Source of the DNA: Picochlorum sp. SENEW3
Taxonomy: Eukaryota
Direction: 5' to 3'
Length of the DNA: 64,000 bases
NCBI GenBank assembly: GCA_034226945.1
Contig: CP120460.1
Location: 558,001 to 622,000 of the forward strand
Positions 32,410 through 45,165 of this stretch are shown piece by piece. A program made the translations under genes and the position numbers. Below the pieces are notes generated by a model that was not told the DNA's origin, did not search any database, and worked only from the letters and a program-made list of their open reading frames with translations. Within the stretch, counting starts at the first letter, position 1. Every line of letters starts with the position of its first letter.

Positions 32410-35400
32410 ATGGGCCGATTCCTCCATGTAGGCACAGTCTCTGTGTCACTCCCAAAAACTACTGTCGTGGAGACCAGTAGCAAAAGTATCCCCCCCAGCA
32501 CTGGATGCACTACGGGCGTGGATCTCGTCTCTGAACATGATTGTATTACGATACAGAGGAAGGACGATAGGTGCGCTGAACAGGCTTGGCGGTATTTGGG
32601 TTTTCGAGTCGAACGTCAAGGTTCAATGTCGTTTACTCGTGCATTCTGTCGCAGGAAAGCACTTCTGAGCATTGAAAATGATAGAGATGCTGGTTCAGAA
32701 TTGCATATTGTCGAACATTTGGGCAGGTTGGTGCAGAGGGGTATGGTTGTTTGCTCAGGGGAACTGAGTAGCAACAAGGGCTCTGTAGATTTCGATATTT
32801 CGATAGATTTTGATGCATGGAAACCATGTATCAGCGGCGCTGTCTTGCTGTTGCATTTGAAAGAACGTGGTGAAGGCGAGACGAGAGGAAGCGAGTACGA
32901 GAGGCTACAGGAAAGTACAGAAGAATTTCTGGGGAATAAAACAGGCGGGGAGTTGTTTAGTTTGAGGACCTGTGTCACCGCTCTACCTCCTCCATGCGAC
33001 GCAGATGGGACTTTGATGGCATCATCGTATATACAAGGGATGAATGCGACTTCCAGGGATGTGTTTCTGCTTCATTTGTTGCCTGAGGAGGTGATGTTTC
33101 GTATGTTGGGAGTTTTGGATACAAAATCATTACAGTGCTTGGCTAGTACATGTCGATTCTTTCGATCGATTGCGCGTGAAATAACCCCTGGTTTACTATT
33201 AAAATTGTATCCTCATCAGCGGGCCGCTATTCGGTGGATGATGGAAAGAGAGAGTCTTTCAGGGGAGTTGATTGATCATCCATGCTGGAAGTTTTTTGAT
33301 ACGGCAGAGGGGAGCTTTTGGGGCAATACGAGTACTGGAATGATAACTGAGGATCCACCAGATATAGTTGAAGATTTTCAAGGCGGGTTTTTGTGCGATG
33401 ACCCTGGGTTGGGGAAGACTGTAACCTGCATTGGGCTGATTGTCAGAACAAAAGGGCATGTACCAATGCCCAAGGAAGACAAAAGGGACGTGACATGGAT
33501 ATCATCAAATGATGTGAAACATAAATATGGATATCTATCCGTCTCTCCTCAATTATCAAGTCATGAAAGTGATCGACAACGATCAAAGAGAAGAAAGATT
33601 GCAGCAGCAAACAAGTTTTCTCCGTTCAAGCATGCAGCACAGACAGTGAGGTCTGGCCATCATTCGAGAGTGGCGGATGTGAACGATCGTGTCATCCGAG
33701 GTGATTTATTCGAGGAGAAGAGGCCGGATACAAATGAAACGTGTGCTTCTTCTGATACCTGGCTGCAGTGTGATTTGTGTGATAGATGGAGACGATGTCC
33801 TCCTCTGTACAAACCAGACAATGATGTATGGTGCTGTTACATACATCCTGTGCCACGAATGCGCAGTTGTAGTATTGTTGCTGAGGCCCTCGATGAGGAA
33901 GAAGAGGTGGTTGGAATGATGGGCTGGGTACAGGAGAATGAAGCAACCAGCAGAATGAATGTAGAATTTTACAAGGATACTCTGTCTTCTCACAGTGAAC
34001 TTTTTAGTGTATATGGAAGGTATAAGCACAAAGGTAGAACAATATTGCATTGGCTCATGAGCAAAGAGCCTGAATTTTTCAGGGGTGGCTTCACATTGCC
34101 TGGCTGGGCTGCAAATCCACCAGGGTATGGCCAATTTCTGCACAAACTAGGATTCGTACCTCATACGAACAATGAATATAGCGATTTGAAGAGGACTGAA
34201 AACAGAAGGCCATCTGGATACAGTCGTTCATCACTGACAGAGCATGATTGGCTCTCCTGGGCCAAGCCAAACTCATTTTTCAACATGCTCCCTGACATTG
34301 AGGCTCTGCGAGAAGCATTGAAATATGACCCAGCTGAATCGCGAATAAAAATATACATTAGCCCAGCAACATTGATAGTTGTTCCACCAGAACTTGTTCA
34401 GCATTGGAAACATCAGATATTTTTACACACTGCCCCAGGCTGCCTGAGAGTGACAGTGTATGACACTGGACAGACACGCAACACATTGCCCCAATACCTC
34501 GCATGGGAGTATGACGTGGTGATCACAACATTCTCCGTTCTATCAACAGAATGGAAGTCTAAAGATCCTTTGAAATGCAGTCCCTTGGCTCAGGTATACT
34601 GGTCCAGGATTGTTCTTGATGAGGGGCATGCGCTTGGGTCGCTAGGAGTCACAAGCAGATTGCAAATGGTGACATCCCTGAAAGCAGAAAGTAGATGGTG
34701 TCTCACTGGAACACCAGTGCAGTCGAATAAAAGCTCTACACTAGCAACAATGCGACAGATCCAACCCATTCTTGCATTCCTCCACGATGAGTTCTTGGGA
34801 TCCCTTCCATCTTGGCAGGAAGCTATCGAAAAGCCGATCAAAATCGCACCAGAAGTATCCATGTGGAGAATGTTTCTATATTTTTCACGAACAATGGCAC
34901 GATCGAGCAAATCAAGCTTACGGACCTTGCCAAAACTGCAGAAGAAAATGACACAGTTGGACTTTACAGCAACGCATGCAGCTTCGTACAGTTCTCTCAT
35001 TGATCTCGTACGATTCAATCTCATCACATCAGATTGGTTTGATCCAGATCATAAGGAAAGTCTCATGTCCAAATCTCAAGCGTCTCGCGCAACATCATTC
35101 CTCTCCAATATAGCATTAGCCTGCAATGTTGGGGGAGTATGTGATCTACAAGTGAGCAATGAAGATTTATGGGACACACTCGAGCTTTTGTGTGTCAGAC
35201 AAGGACTTCAGATGCCTCCAAAAGACATCCTAATATCTGGTCCACCATATTTGGACGAATCACATTCTCTGCGACGAATAGAAGACTCTTTATGCCATGG
35301 AGGCACATGCGACACATGCAGCCAATTTTACAGAATTTTATTTGTCACGCCATGCGCATGCATCACGTGTGTCGACTGCACTGCCACAGATAGATATAAA

Positions 35401-36225
35401 TGCTCACATTGCGGTACCCCCTACACCATGCACGCATCAACTGATCCCACACGTCTTCTGGACAACCCACATCCAAAATGGGACGTGCCCCAAGAGTTGA
35501 TTGAATGGCAAGCAGCATACGCGCAACGTGGAGCGGAAGGAAAGAGTGAAGGCGCGTGGCAGCCGATGTGGAAAGAAACAGACTCATCAAAATGCGTGTA
35601 TCTGATCAAACGCCTGAAAGGCCTGGGCATCATTCCACAGAACGCTGCCACATTCATGAATGCATTGATCAATGGTGATGATATCGGAGAACCAAACAAG
35701 GCCATCGTGTTCACCCAATTTTGGCATCATGCGCTGCTTATTGAACGTATACTACATCAGAATGCATCAAAGCGACACATCGCATTGTATCGAAAACAAA
35801 TGTCCCAGATTGAAAAAGCATCTGAGATCAACAGGTTTAGAAAAGATCTAGACTGCAGAGTTATGCTCATGGACGAAAGTGGCGCACTCGGACTCGATCT
35901 ATCCTTCGTCAACTACGTCTTTCTCATGGAACCCATACCAAACGCATCATTAGAAGACCAGGTGATCAGCAGAGCACATCGAATGGGAGCAACACGAGAG
36001 GTCCTTGTAGAGACCATCATCATGGCACGAAGCATTGAAGAACACATGGCCATCAACACCCCACACCAAGACGACCAGCCTCAAAAATGCTCATCATCTT
36101 GGAACCCAGACACGCTCATCAGATTAGACATGGCCACAAAGGAAAAAGAGCATGCAGAATCATACAAACGCCAACAAAGAAACATCCGCCTCATGTCTCT
36201 CCACAGACCATCGAACACTCTATAA
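32410..36225 (+). CDS. F-box + SNF2 helicase + CW zinc finger + RING-like protein (plant At3g54460-type architecture)
   Basis: F-box 'LPEEVMFRMLGVLD..SL..LASTCR'; 'LYPHQ..AI.WM'; Walker A 'DDPGLGKT'; CW finger 'WLQCDLCDRWR...WCC'; 'RIVLDEGH'; 'WCLTGTP'; RING-like 'CDTC...TPCACITCVDC...CSHC'; 'QVISRAHRMG'. Confidence 0.9.
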   Translation: MGRFLHVGTVSVSLPKTTVVETSSKSIPPSTGCTTGVDLVSEHDCITIQRKDDRCAEQAWRYLGFRVERQGSMSFTRAFCRRKALLSIENDRDAGSELHIVEHLGRLVQRGMVVCSGELSSNKGSVDFDISIDFDAWKPCISGAVLLLHLKERGEGETRGSEYERLQESTEEFLGNKTGGELFSLRTCVTALPPPCDADGTLMASSYIQGMNATSRDVFLLHLLPEEVMFRMLGVLDTKSLQCLASTCRFFRSIAREITPGLLLKLYPHQRAAIRWMMERESLSGELIDHPCWKFFDTAEGSFWGNTSTGMITEDPPDIVEDFQGGFLCDDPGLGKTVTCIGLIVRTKGHVPMPKEDKRDVTWISSNDVKHKYGYLSVSPQLSSHESDRQRSKRRKIAAANKFSPFKHAAQTVRSGHHSRVADVNDRVIRGDLFEEKRPDTNETCASSDTWLQCDLCDRWRRCPPLYKPDNDVWCCYIHPVPRMRSCSIVAEALDEEEEVVGMMGWVQENEATSRMNVEFYKDTLSSHSELFSVYGRYKHKGRTILHWLMSKEPEFFRGGFTLPGWAANPPGYGQFLHKLGFVPHTNNEYSDLKRTENRRPSGYSRSSLTEHDWLSWAKPNSFFNMLPDIEALREALKYDPAESRIKIYISPATLIVVPPELVQHWKHQIFLHTAPGCLRVTVYDTGQTRNTLPQYLAWEYDVVITTFSVLSTEWKSKDPLKCSPLAQVYWSRIVLDEGHALGSLGVTSRLQMVTSLKAESRWCLTGTPVQSNKSSTLATMRQIQPILAFLHDEFLGSLPSWQEAIEKPIKIAPEVSMWRMFLYFSRTMARSSKSSLRTLPKLQKKMTQLDFTATHAASYSSLIDLVRFNLITSDWFDPDHKESLMSKSQASRATSFLSNIALACNVGGVCDLQVSNEDLWDTLELLCVRQGLQMPPKDILISGPPYLDESHSLRRIEDSLCHGGTCDTCSQFYRILFVTPCACITCVDCTATDRYKCSHCGTPYTMHASTDPTRLLDNPHPKWDVPQELIEWQAAYAQRGAEGKSEGAWQPMWKETDSSKCVYLIKRLKGLGIIPQNAATFMNALINGDDIGEPNKAIVFTQFWHHALLIERILHQNASKRHIALYRKQMSQIEKASEINRFRKDLDCRVMLMDESGALGLDLSFVNYVFLMEPIPNASLEDQVISRAHRMGATREVLVETIIMARSIEEHMAINTPHQDDQPQKCSSSWNPDTLIRLDMATKEKEHAESYKRQQRNIRLMSLHRPSNTL

Positions 36226-36289
36226 GCCGTGTTACATAATTATATTATATTATGATGCTGTAATAAAAAAACACCACACCAGAATACAC

Positions 36290-36891
36290 TTAATTATTAC
36301 GCTGTGGAATGCTGATGTTGGAAGCACACTTTCCTGCCTCCTTTCCTTCGCACTCAATCTTGGTATCGTCAGCAATGTACTTGACATCACCAGCATATTC
36401 TCCCACATCGCATCCCAACACATTGGCTGGGAACTTGCATGTTCCGTCAGTCACAGTACGAGATCTGGCAAAGTTGGAGTATGAAGAAGCCAAGCGCTGC
36501 TTGTTGTGAAGCTCAGCATTGGCCTGAGACTTTGCCAAAAGATCCTCAACCAAATCAGCGTGAGCTGGCATAGCATTTCCAATCAAAAGAGCTCCAGCTG
36601 CGGCAGCAGCAACGAACTCCTTCTTGTTGTCAGCAACAGCACAGACACGAGTAGCCTTGTTGGTCCTGTTGCTCTTGGCAACAGCAGCCAACTTGGTTGG
36701 AGCTCTGCATAGCAACAGATGCACAGAGATTAGTAACAATAACAGATGGATGGATGCAGATTGCCCATGAGGAATCGGGATACTATCATTGATGGAAGAA
36801 GATTCTATCGACTAAAAATGCCCGATTCCGTGGAATAAAAAAACACGCCGTACCCAACAAAGGCAGAGGTAGAAGCAGCGACGAAAGCCAT
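36290..36891 (-). CDS. psaN: Photosystem I subunit N precursor; model complement(join(36290..36704,36854..36891))
   Basis: Mature 'DLVEDLLAKSQANAELHNKQRLASSYSNFARSRTVTDGTCKFP.N..GC'. Exon 1 MAFVAASTSAFVG joins through phase-2 intron 36705-36853. Lumenal signal ends AHA. Confidence 0.95.
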
Positions 36892-37211
36892 GATTCTCAA
36901 GATTGATAATATATGTGTGTGTGTGATGGAGCGGTTTTTACACCGGAATATCAAGCATCAGATATGCTGGTCCGCGATTTGGTCTGAAAAAGATAGGGTA
37001 AGATTCCGTTCGATCAACGATATATTTGATGGGATCAAGTGATCATTCAAGATGTGTGGCTACAGGATGAAGGCGCCCCCGTGGCATGGGCTCCGCTGTG
37101 AGCACGGGTGTCGACAACGACACCTCAAAACCACAGAATTATTGATTTGTGATTTATTTCGATACACATTTTGTTATAGTATTCGAACTGGCTGACTACT
37201 CGAGAAGAATC

Positions 37212-39649
37212 ATGGGCCATATTGCGGCCACTCTTTTCAGGCGCATGCAGAAGCCTCAAACGAGCTCTGCTATGCATGGTATGGGGTCGGTATCGACGCT
37301 TGTAACTCAGAAAAAATCATTTTCAAGCATAGTGACGCGCATTGGGGCACCAAAGTATGCTGGTGGGTTGATGAGGCAGAGGCATGTGCGAGCGCCTTTG
37401 TTGCATTCTCGCGTGGTAAGTTACTCGCATCATTGGATTGTTTTTTGGTTGCATCCTGATAGTTCATTAATATTCTATGTCATAATGTACAGGCATCGAC
37501 GATGAATACGTCTGTGGAGGATGAGAATGAGGCGGAGATTTCAACGCTTGGTTTTGAGTCTGTTGATTTTGCCTTGGAGGATGATGATATTCTCGAGGAG
37601 GATCTCGAATCAAGCGATGAGCAGGGGTCTTTTGCGAGTTTGTTTACGGATGGATCCGAGTCGGAGGATGATGCGATTGTGGACGAGAATTTGCTGGTGA
37701 GGAATTGTGGGCTGAAGGATGAAACTGTTCAGACATTGGAGTCACGTGGTATCAAATCCTTGTTTCCTATTCAAAAGATGGTGTTTGAGCCGATAAAAGA
37801 GGGGAAAGATGTGGTTGCGCGAGCCAAGACGGGAAGTGGAAAGACGCTTGCGTTTGCATTGCCTGTGATTGAGAGAATTGGTGATTCATATGGAAGTGAG
37901 AGGAAACCACGCGGGAGGGCGCCTCAATGTTTGGTGCTGGCGCCGACACGAGAGTTGGCCAAGCAGGTGGAGAGAGAGATTGCTTCTATTTCAGCGGATA
38001 CGTTTGTGGGATGCTTTTATGGTGGAGCATCTATTGTGGCACAGAAGAAGATGCTTGAAAAGGGAGTTGATGTGGCTGTTGGTACTCCTGGGAGAATCAT
38101 CGACTTGATCGAGCAACAGGCGTTGAATCTGTCTGAAATCAAATATGTTGTCTTGGATGAAGCAGATCAAATGTTGAATGTAGGATTTGAGCAGGATGTT
38201 GAAGATATTTTGAAAAATGTTCCAGAGGAGAGGCAAACTATGATGTTTTCTGCCACCATTCCTCATTGGGTCAAGAACTTGATCAAAACATACTTGAAAG
38301 ATCCTGTCAATATTGATAGTATTGGATCAGGACAGTCTGGGAAGCTGGCAGAGACGATCACTGCACATAGTATTCAGGTGACCAGTTCTTCCAGGCGTTC
38401 TATTCTTGTGGATCTCATCACGGTGCATGCTGATGGAGGAAAGACTATTGTGTTTACACAGACAAAGAGAGAAGCTGATGAGGTTGCTGCAGCTGTTGCA
38501 TTGCATATTCCATGCGAACCATTGCATGGTGATATGGCTCAAAATGAGCGCGAGAGAGTCTTGGCAAGCTTTAGAGCAGGAAGAACATCTGTGCTTGTTG
38601 CCACTGATGTTGCTGCCCGTGGTTTGGATATTCCAGATGTTGATTTGGTCGTACATTATGAACTTCCAAGGGAGTCAGAGTCATTCTTGCATCGTTCAGG
38701 TCGAACTGGTAGAGCAGGGAGGTCTGGAACAGCAATTGCCATGTACACTCGCAATGAATATGGTCTGTTTAGGCGCATCATGCGCGAAACCAAGGCCAGT
38801 ATCTCTCCTCTTCCACCGCCAACTCCAGAACAAGTTGTGGAAGCCGCGGCAAAGCAGGTGATGTATCGCTTGGATAATGTTGAAAAGGATGTCAGGGCAT
38901 ACTTTGCCCCAGTTGCCAAAATGGTCCTTGCATCCAGAGACCCACAAGAGGCATTGGAGGTTGCCCTGGCAGCTCTCTCAGGAATTAATGCTATTCCAGA
39001 ACCGAGATCTCTGTTGACTTTGCAAGAAGGCTTCACCACTCTTCAGATTATGAGTGCCCCTGGACGTATTACACGCATTGGACACATCCCAGCAATTGTG
39101 ACAAAACTTTTGGATTCAAGAGATAAAGGATCACATGTTGGACGCATTATGCTTATCAACGATGAGAAAACAGGCATGCAGGGTGGAGCATTTGATGTTC
39201 CAAAAGCTCTTGCTGAGGAGATTCTTGCAAAGGAAGAAGAATTGAGCAGCAAAGGCGTTATTCTCTCTGTCCCCACGAGTCTTCCTGAGGAAAACATGCG
39301 CAATGAGGACAGAAGAGGCGGAAGAGATGGATATGATAGGAGAGGTGGATCGAGAGGTGGATCGAGAGGTGGTTCCAGAGGTCGCAGAGACAGAAGGGAC
39401 AGTTATTCCAGGAGGGATGGGTATGACCGAAGAGACAGAGACAGCTGGGACGGACGCTCCTCGAAGTTTGGCTCAAGACGAGACTCAAGAGGTGATCGCG
39501 ATCGCGATAGCTACCGGAGCAAGCGCGACAACTATGGATCCAAGCGCTTCTCTGATGGTGGATCCCATGCCAAGAGAGATCAGGCATGGGATTTCAGTGG
39601 TGGCTCCGACTCTGCAAAGGGAAGAGTCTTTGGAAGCGACAATTGGTAA
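37212..39649 (+). CDS. RH3: DEAD-box RNA helicase, plastid RH3/DDX21-like with GUCT-like region and RGG/RD tail; model join(37212..37415,37493..39649)
   Basis: 'LFPIQ', 'AKTGSGKT', 'LAPTRELA', 'LDEAD', 'SAT', 'HRSGRTGRAG'. Transit-peptide exon joins through phase-0 intron 37416-37492 (GTAAGT...TACAG). Confidence 0.9.
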
Positions 39650-40134
39650 TGTTTCATTTCCATCTGAAGAAATAAAAACAATTATTTTCTGATAGTACAT
39701 TGGATTTGTGGAATCTTGTATTCAACCTGCTCTCTGATAAGCAGAGAGAAGAACCAATCCAACAATGTTAGCTGATTCAACCAAATGAAATATTTGTTAT
39801 TACATTTTACAGTAATTTGCTCTTTCTCAATATCATAGAGCTGTCCTTCTTTCGCGCTACATCCGGGAATGATGAGGAATATTGGCCTGCAGGCCACTGT
39901 CTGGGGCCATGTGTCGCCCATCTGGCCCATCCATGGGGAATCAGTCTCCAAGATGAATTTCCATCCCCTGACGTCCGCCATATATATATAATTTATTCTG
40001 TCGTATATTAATCCGATCTAATCGATGCAATAGTGCATCATTCTTTACGCAGCCTCCATAAAAAACAGCTGCTTCAAGTCCACCACTTTGGGTGACGAAT
40101 TTAAAGTTCATGCGCCAGTATTAACGACAGTGCC

Positions 40135-41679
40135 ATGCAAAATACATTAGATTTTACCTTAAAAAGTGCATCTTCGTGCGTAGCGACGAGGATGCCACTC
40201 CAGCACAGAAAACGCTGGTCTGGGAGACAGCATGTGACGTGTCGCTGTGCTGTGGCCTCGTCTGCGACGGCGAGACTCTCAAAGGAGGATCTCGTTCGAT
40301 ATCTATCATCAGGGTGTAAGCCAAGAGAAAAATGGAGGTACGTGGGACGTGCATTGTGACGGCAGAGTGATCTATACTGCTTGTGAAACTGTGTGTTGAA
40401 GCATGGGTGTATCATCATGGCCTTTGTATACAGGATTGGCACGGAGCACGAAAAGCTAGGTTATGATCTTACAACGAAGAAGAGGTTATCGTACGAGCAA
40501 ATAGAGATCATACTGGAAAGTGTGGCAGATAGATATGATTGGGAGCGCATTGTTGAGGATGGAAAGACAATTGGCCTCAAGCAGAATGGTCAGAGTGTGA
40601 CGCTCGAGCCAGGAGGTCAATTTGAAGCTAGCGGAGCGACGCTTGAGACTCTTCATCAGACTTGTGCTGAGGTCAACTCGCACTTGTACCAAGTCAAGTC
40701 CATTGCGGAGGAGATTGGTGTTGGCTTTCTGGGAACAGGCTTTGATCCCAAATGGAGGTATGAGGATGTTCCATGCATGCCAAAGGAACGATATAATATT
40801 ATGAAAAACTACATGCCAACCAAGGGCAGTCTTGGTCGTGATATGATGTTTCGATCGTGCACGATTCAAGTAAACCTTGATTTTGAAGACGAGGCAGATA
40901 TGATTGAAAAGTTCCGCATCGGCATTGCTCTTCAGCCAGTAGCAACAGCTCTTTTCGCAAACTCACCATTTAAAGAAGGAAAGCCAACTGGTTTCAAGTC
41001 CTGGCGCTCTCATGTGTGGGAGGATACAGATCCTGATAGATGTGGCACATTGCCATTTGTCTTTGACTCTGATTTCGGATTTGAACGATACGTGGACTAT
41101 GTGCTGGATGTGCCGATGTATTTTGTGTATAGAGAAGGTAAGTATATTAATGTAGCTGGGAAGTCATTCAGAGATTTCATGAATGGTACCCTGGAAGGCT
41201 TGGAGGGAGAGTACCCCACCATGGATGACTGGGAATCGCATCTCACAACAGTGTTCCCAGAAGTACGCTTGAAGAAATTCATAGAAATGAGGGGTGCTGA
41301 TGGTGGCCCATGGCGCCTTATTTGTGGCCTTCCAGCACTGTGGGTTGGCTTGCTCTATGACGAAGAAGCACAGAGGCAGGCAGCAGCCATCATGTCCAGC
41401 ATGACTGCAGAGGAGAGAGAGTACTTGAGGAGTGAGGTTCCTGTCCACGCCTTGCAGACTCCGTTCAGAGATGGCACCGTCCAAGATTTAGCGTTAGAAG
41501 TACTATCGATTGCTAGAGGCGGGTTGACGCGCAGAGGAAAGCAGGAGGAGAAATTCCTGAATCAGTTGGATGACATTGCTCAGAGTGGTCAGTGCCAAGC
41601 AGACCATGTCTTGGCCATGTACAATGGAGAGTGGAATCATAGCGTTGACCCATATTTTTCAGAAGAATATTCATTCTAG
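40135..41679 (+). CDS. GSH1: Glutamate-cysteine ligase (plant type), plastid-targeted; model join(40135..40337,40434..41679)
   Basis: Spliced '[20 protein letters not shown]' (intron 40338-40433), 'LEPGGQFE', '[14 protein letters not shown]', '[20 protein letters not shown]'. Confidence 0.96.
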
Positions 41680-41692
41680 AACCATCAATATT

Positions 41693-42781
41693 TTACAATG
41701 TGCCAGCAAACACAAATTCAGCAGGCCCAGTCATGTAAATTTTATTGCTCTTTTCGTCCCACTCAATAAACAATGGACCTCCAGGAAGATCCACACGACA
41801 TTTTCTAAGAATTTTACCCTCCAACACGCCCGCCACAACCGTTGCACACGCTCCAGTTCCGCATGCAAGAGTTCTACCAGCTCCTCGCTCCCACACCATC
41901 ATTTTCACATGCGATGGTGAGAGAATCTCCACAAACTCTGTGTTTGTTTTTGCCGGGAAAACCGGATGACTTTCAAATAGAGGGCCAACATGGAACAAAT
42001 TCACTGCATCAAGCTTGATAGGCGCTCCATCTACAGAATACACCAATGCATGGGGGTTCCCCATGGAGACACAGGACACTGTATATTCATGCCCATCCAC
42101 CTCGAGCGTCTGAGCAATCACAGCATTTCCATCCGCATTGGGCTGCAACGTCGTAGGAATCTGCGCTCCCTCCAATATCGGCGATCCCATATCCACTCGC
42201 ACCTGGCCATCCTCTTGCATCACAGGTTGAATAAGACCAGCAAGCGTGTCAATTTTGTACTCCTGCCCTGGAGACGCACCATCAACATCGGCGATAAACC
42301 TTGCAAGACATCTAATACCATTACCACACATTTCTGGCTCGCTCCCATCCGAATTATAAATCCTCATGGTAAGATCCGAGCCTGGCTGCTGAGGAGGCAA
42401 GGCAAAAATAACCCCATCTCCTCCAATACCAAAGTTTCTATCGCACAGCCTCTCAGACTGCTCAGGCGTGAGCACAGGCTCAGTCGTATGCCTATTATCA
42501 ATCAGAACAAAGTCATTTCCCAATCCATGGTATTTCGCAAACTGAATCTGACCGGTTTCCGCCTGCTGGGCAACTGCAGCAGCGACACCTTGCCACGACA
42601 ACGCATGACCTCTGGCACAATCGATACCGCGATAGCCTTTATGAGTGAATTTCTGCGTGTTCAAAACCCTCGCAACAGGCGATTGAGGCCGGCCTTGAGA
42701 AACGAGACGTCGGTTCTGCAAACCTGCCTCCAATCTCGACCCATTCTGGGCGATTTGGGCAGTCACACGACTACAAACCAT
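41693..42781 (-). CDS. dapF: Diaminopimelate epimerase, plastid-targeted
   Basis: '[11 protein letters not shown]', '[16 protein letters not shown]', 'SMGNPH', '[17 protein letters not shown]'. Confidence 0.97.
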   Translation of the reverse strand: MVCSRVTAQIAQNGSRLEAGLQNRRLVSQGRPQSPVARVLNTQKFTHKGYRGIDCARGHALSWQGVAAAVAQQAETGQIQFAKYHGLGNDFVLIDNRHTTEPVLTPEQSERLCDRNFGIGGDGVIFALPPQQPGSDLTMRIYNSDGSEPEMCGNGIRCLARFIADVDGASPGQEYKIDTLAGLIQPVMQEDGQVRVDMGSPILEGAQIPTTLQPNADGNAVIAQTLEVDGHEYTVSCVSMGNPHALVYSVDGAPIKLDAVNLFHVGPLFESHPVFPAKTNTEFVEILSPSHVKMMVWERGAGRTLACGTGACATVVAGVLEGKILRKCRVDLPGGPLFIEWDEKSNKIYMTGPAEFVFAGTL

Positions 42782-43012
42782 ACTGATATGAATTTTAAAA
42801 TGAAATATTTAAATGGAAGTGCTAAAGTATGCAAAAACATGGACACTCATGCGTGTCTCAGAGCATGTGGGCCTGATGCAGTTCTAGTCCGTTCAAACAC
42901 ACGCTTTCATAGGACATGCACATCTATCAAAAAAGAACCACTCCATGGCCACCGAATCAAACCCAAACTCTCCCCATATCCCTCCACTTCGCAATACAAT
43001 ATTCTTATAAAC

Positions 43013-44158
43013 ATGTCCAGATACGAACTAGGTTGGAAACAGTGCGTTTGCGTGCTTGTATTGGTTCTCGCCGTGTCGGTACCAACCCTGGTTGCCGGAC
43101 GCGTTGAACAACGGCGTCGTACCAGCACACCCCTGCAGGTCTTGCATTCAAACGATATTATATCAGAAGATCAATGCGAAACATGTAAGAATGTGGTAGC
43201 GGACCTGGAAGGACGTTTGAACGATCCCCAACTTCAGGACTCTGTCGTTGTGTTTATCCAGACCAACGTTTGCCCGCTCTTGCCATCAGATGCCGCTACA
43301 ACCTGTGCCCAGGAAGCTCGAGTTGTCGTAGCTCAAATGGCAGCTTCGATTCAGCAGACCTTTGTTCCAGAAGATGTCTGCAGACAAATGGGCATGTGCC
43401 AGATGTCTCTTGCTGGGTATATGCACCACTTGGCAGACCGTGCCGAGTCCATGATTGCACGAATAGCGACGCACGCGTCGCAAGGAGATTTTGGCGACGT
43501 GAAAGATATGATTCGATCGATGACAGAGAAGAAGAAGAATGCAAACGATGTCGTCTGTGATGTGTGCGAGGTTGCGATGGAAAAGGTCAAGGATGTGATG
43601 CACGCATTATCCATTGATTCAGAAAAAGGCAACGACTTTTTCGATCGAATAGTCGACATGTGTGCTACAGGAGATGGGGTAGTACCATCATCATCAGTCG
43701 AGGCGTGCGAAAATTTCGCCAACGAACTTCGACAGCTCTTCCTTGCAGTTATCCAAGACATTGATCAGAACAAGGCATGCTCCATCATGAACCTATGCCC
43801 ATCTGAGACGGGACTATCTGCTACAAGAGGAGAAAAGCTTCACGAGATTATTCAGCAGCTCGTAGAGCAATTCAAACGGCTGGCAGCATTGCCGCCATTC
43901 CAACAGTCCCCAGAGTCCTGTGCAACATGTGAAGATGTGGTCAAACAAGCAGCAGATATTGTTCAGAACCCCCAGAATCAGCAGGAAGTGTTTGACTTTT
44001 TGAAACAAGGCTGCAGTGTGTTACAAACATTTGAGCAGACATGCGATGAGTTTGTGGACGAATTCGGTCCCATCTTGATCGTCTCCATCCTGAGCGTCCT
44101 TGTCCCAGAGGAACTGTGCTCTGAAATGGGATACTGCGAGTCTGTCCAGACATTCTAG
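43013..44158 (+). CDS. Prosaposin-like protein: signal peptide plus three saposin-B domains
   Basis: Start MSRYELGWKQCVCVLVLVLAVSVPTLVAG. Three six-Cys units (CETC..VC..C..VC..MGMC; CDVC..MC..C..AC..MNLC; CATC..GC..C..LC..MGYC). Confidence 0.88.
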   Translation: MSRYELGWKQCVCVLVLVLAVSVPTLVAGRVEQRRRTSTPLQVLHSNDIISEDQCETCKNVVADLEGRLNDPQLQDSVVVFIQTNVCPLLPSDAATTCAQEARVVVAQMAASIQQTFVPEDVCRQMGMCQMSLAGYMHHLADRAESMIARIATHASQGDFGDVKDMIRSMTEKKKNANDVVCDVCEVAMEKVKDVMHALSIDSEKGNDFFDRIVDMCATGDGVVPSSSVEACENFANELRQLFLAVIQDIDQNKACSIMNLCPSETGLSATRGEKLHEIIQQLVEQFKRLAALPPFQQSPESCATCEDVVKQAADIVQNPQNQQEVFDFLKQGCSVLQTFEQTCDEFVDEFGPILIVSILSVLVPEELCSEMGYCESVQTF

Positions 44159-44413
44159 GCATGACTCTGCATTATTATGACTACTGTAGCTCTTTATTTC
44201 TTTCTTTTTCCTCTTGCTTTTGTTTTCTGTATGTCTGTAAGTATATCAATTAATCACATAATGTGATTCACATTGTTGTGCACTGGTCAACAGGTCAGTT
44301 GACCACTTTTGGTGGTCCCATGAATACGGGCATTCTCCCTCATTACATGCAATTAAGAAACCACAGAAATAAATAGATATATCTAGTACATACATTAATG
44401 TAATAATAATACC

Positions 44414-45165
44414 ATGGAGTCTGAAACAGACTGGTTGCGAAAGTATAGTAATCTGAATGCAGAAACCTGCTCGACAAGCAGCGAGGATTCGTACGTTCCT
44501 TTCTTCTTCTGCCTTGATTTCCTATTATATTTATATAGTATTAAACATAATATATAGTCCTTACGAGCTGTACAAATACGCACAGGTATGACAGCGAAGA
44601 AGAACGAGTCAAAGAACGACTGTATACTCTGAAACAACACCATCGCATCCGCCAAGACGCTGCAGATCAGCTCAACCTTCTCCACGAGTACCGAGAGAGG
44701 AAGAAGCACATGCTGTATAGAAACCCTGATCTCTATACCAGTGCACCGTCTGGCATCCATGTGGACGCGTGTGAGAATGAGGCAACCATTCAGTATGATA
44801 CTGTCAAAGCCCACCAGTCAGCGTGGGCATTGTTCGAACAACTGTACAGAAATCTCCCCCATGACAGCAAAGAGAGCGTACAACTGACGTATGAAGATGT
44901 TCCGTGGATACCAGAGTCTGTATCAAAGATGCAGTATCTGCACTGCTTGGCTGCCATCTCCTCTGGGAAAAAGTATCATTCATCGATAGGAGGAGATGTT
45001 CCGCATGTGAAGAAAGCATACACTACAATGTGCTTATGCTGGCATCCAGACAAATTCCAAAGCAGATTTCAATCATATTTTAATCCCACCGACTGGGACA
45101 GGGTCATGGTGAAAGTCAAGGAAACATTTCAGGAATTTCATACCAGTTGGCAGATGCAGAGTTGA
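44414..45165 (+). CDS. NFKBIL1-like / J-domain-like (WHPDKF) protein; model join(44414..44490,44586..45165)
   Basis: Phase-2 intron 44491-44585 (GTACGT...CACAG) joins in frame. 'YEDVPW' and 'CWHPDKFQSRF...RVMVKVKETFQ' resemble the NFKBIL1 C-terminal domain. Confidence 0.6.

Noticed and set aside
39682..39981. 99-aa ORF containing 'ILETDSPWMG', reminiscent of the TatD ETD(S/A)P motif
   Set aside because: Only one short motif and no other TatD features; probably chance or an unrecognisable fragment.
41990..43012. 341-codon N-terminal extension of the saposin ORF (722-aa ORF in the track)
   Set aside because: Mostly the antisense shadow of dapF. The signal peptide starts at ATG 43013.
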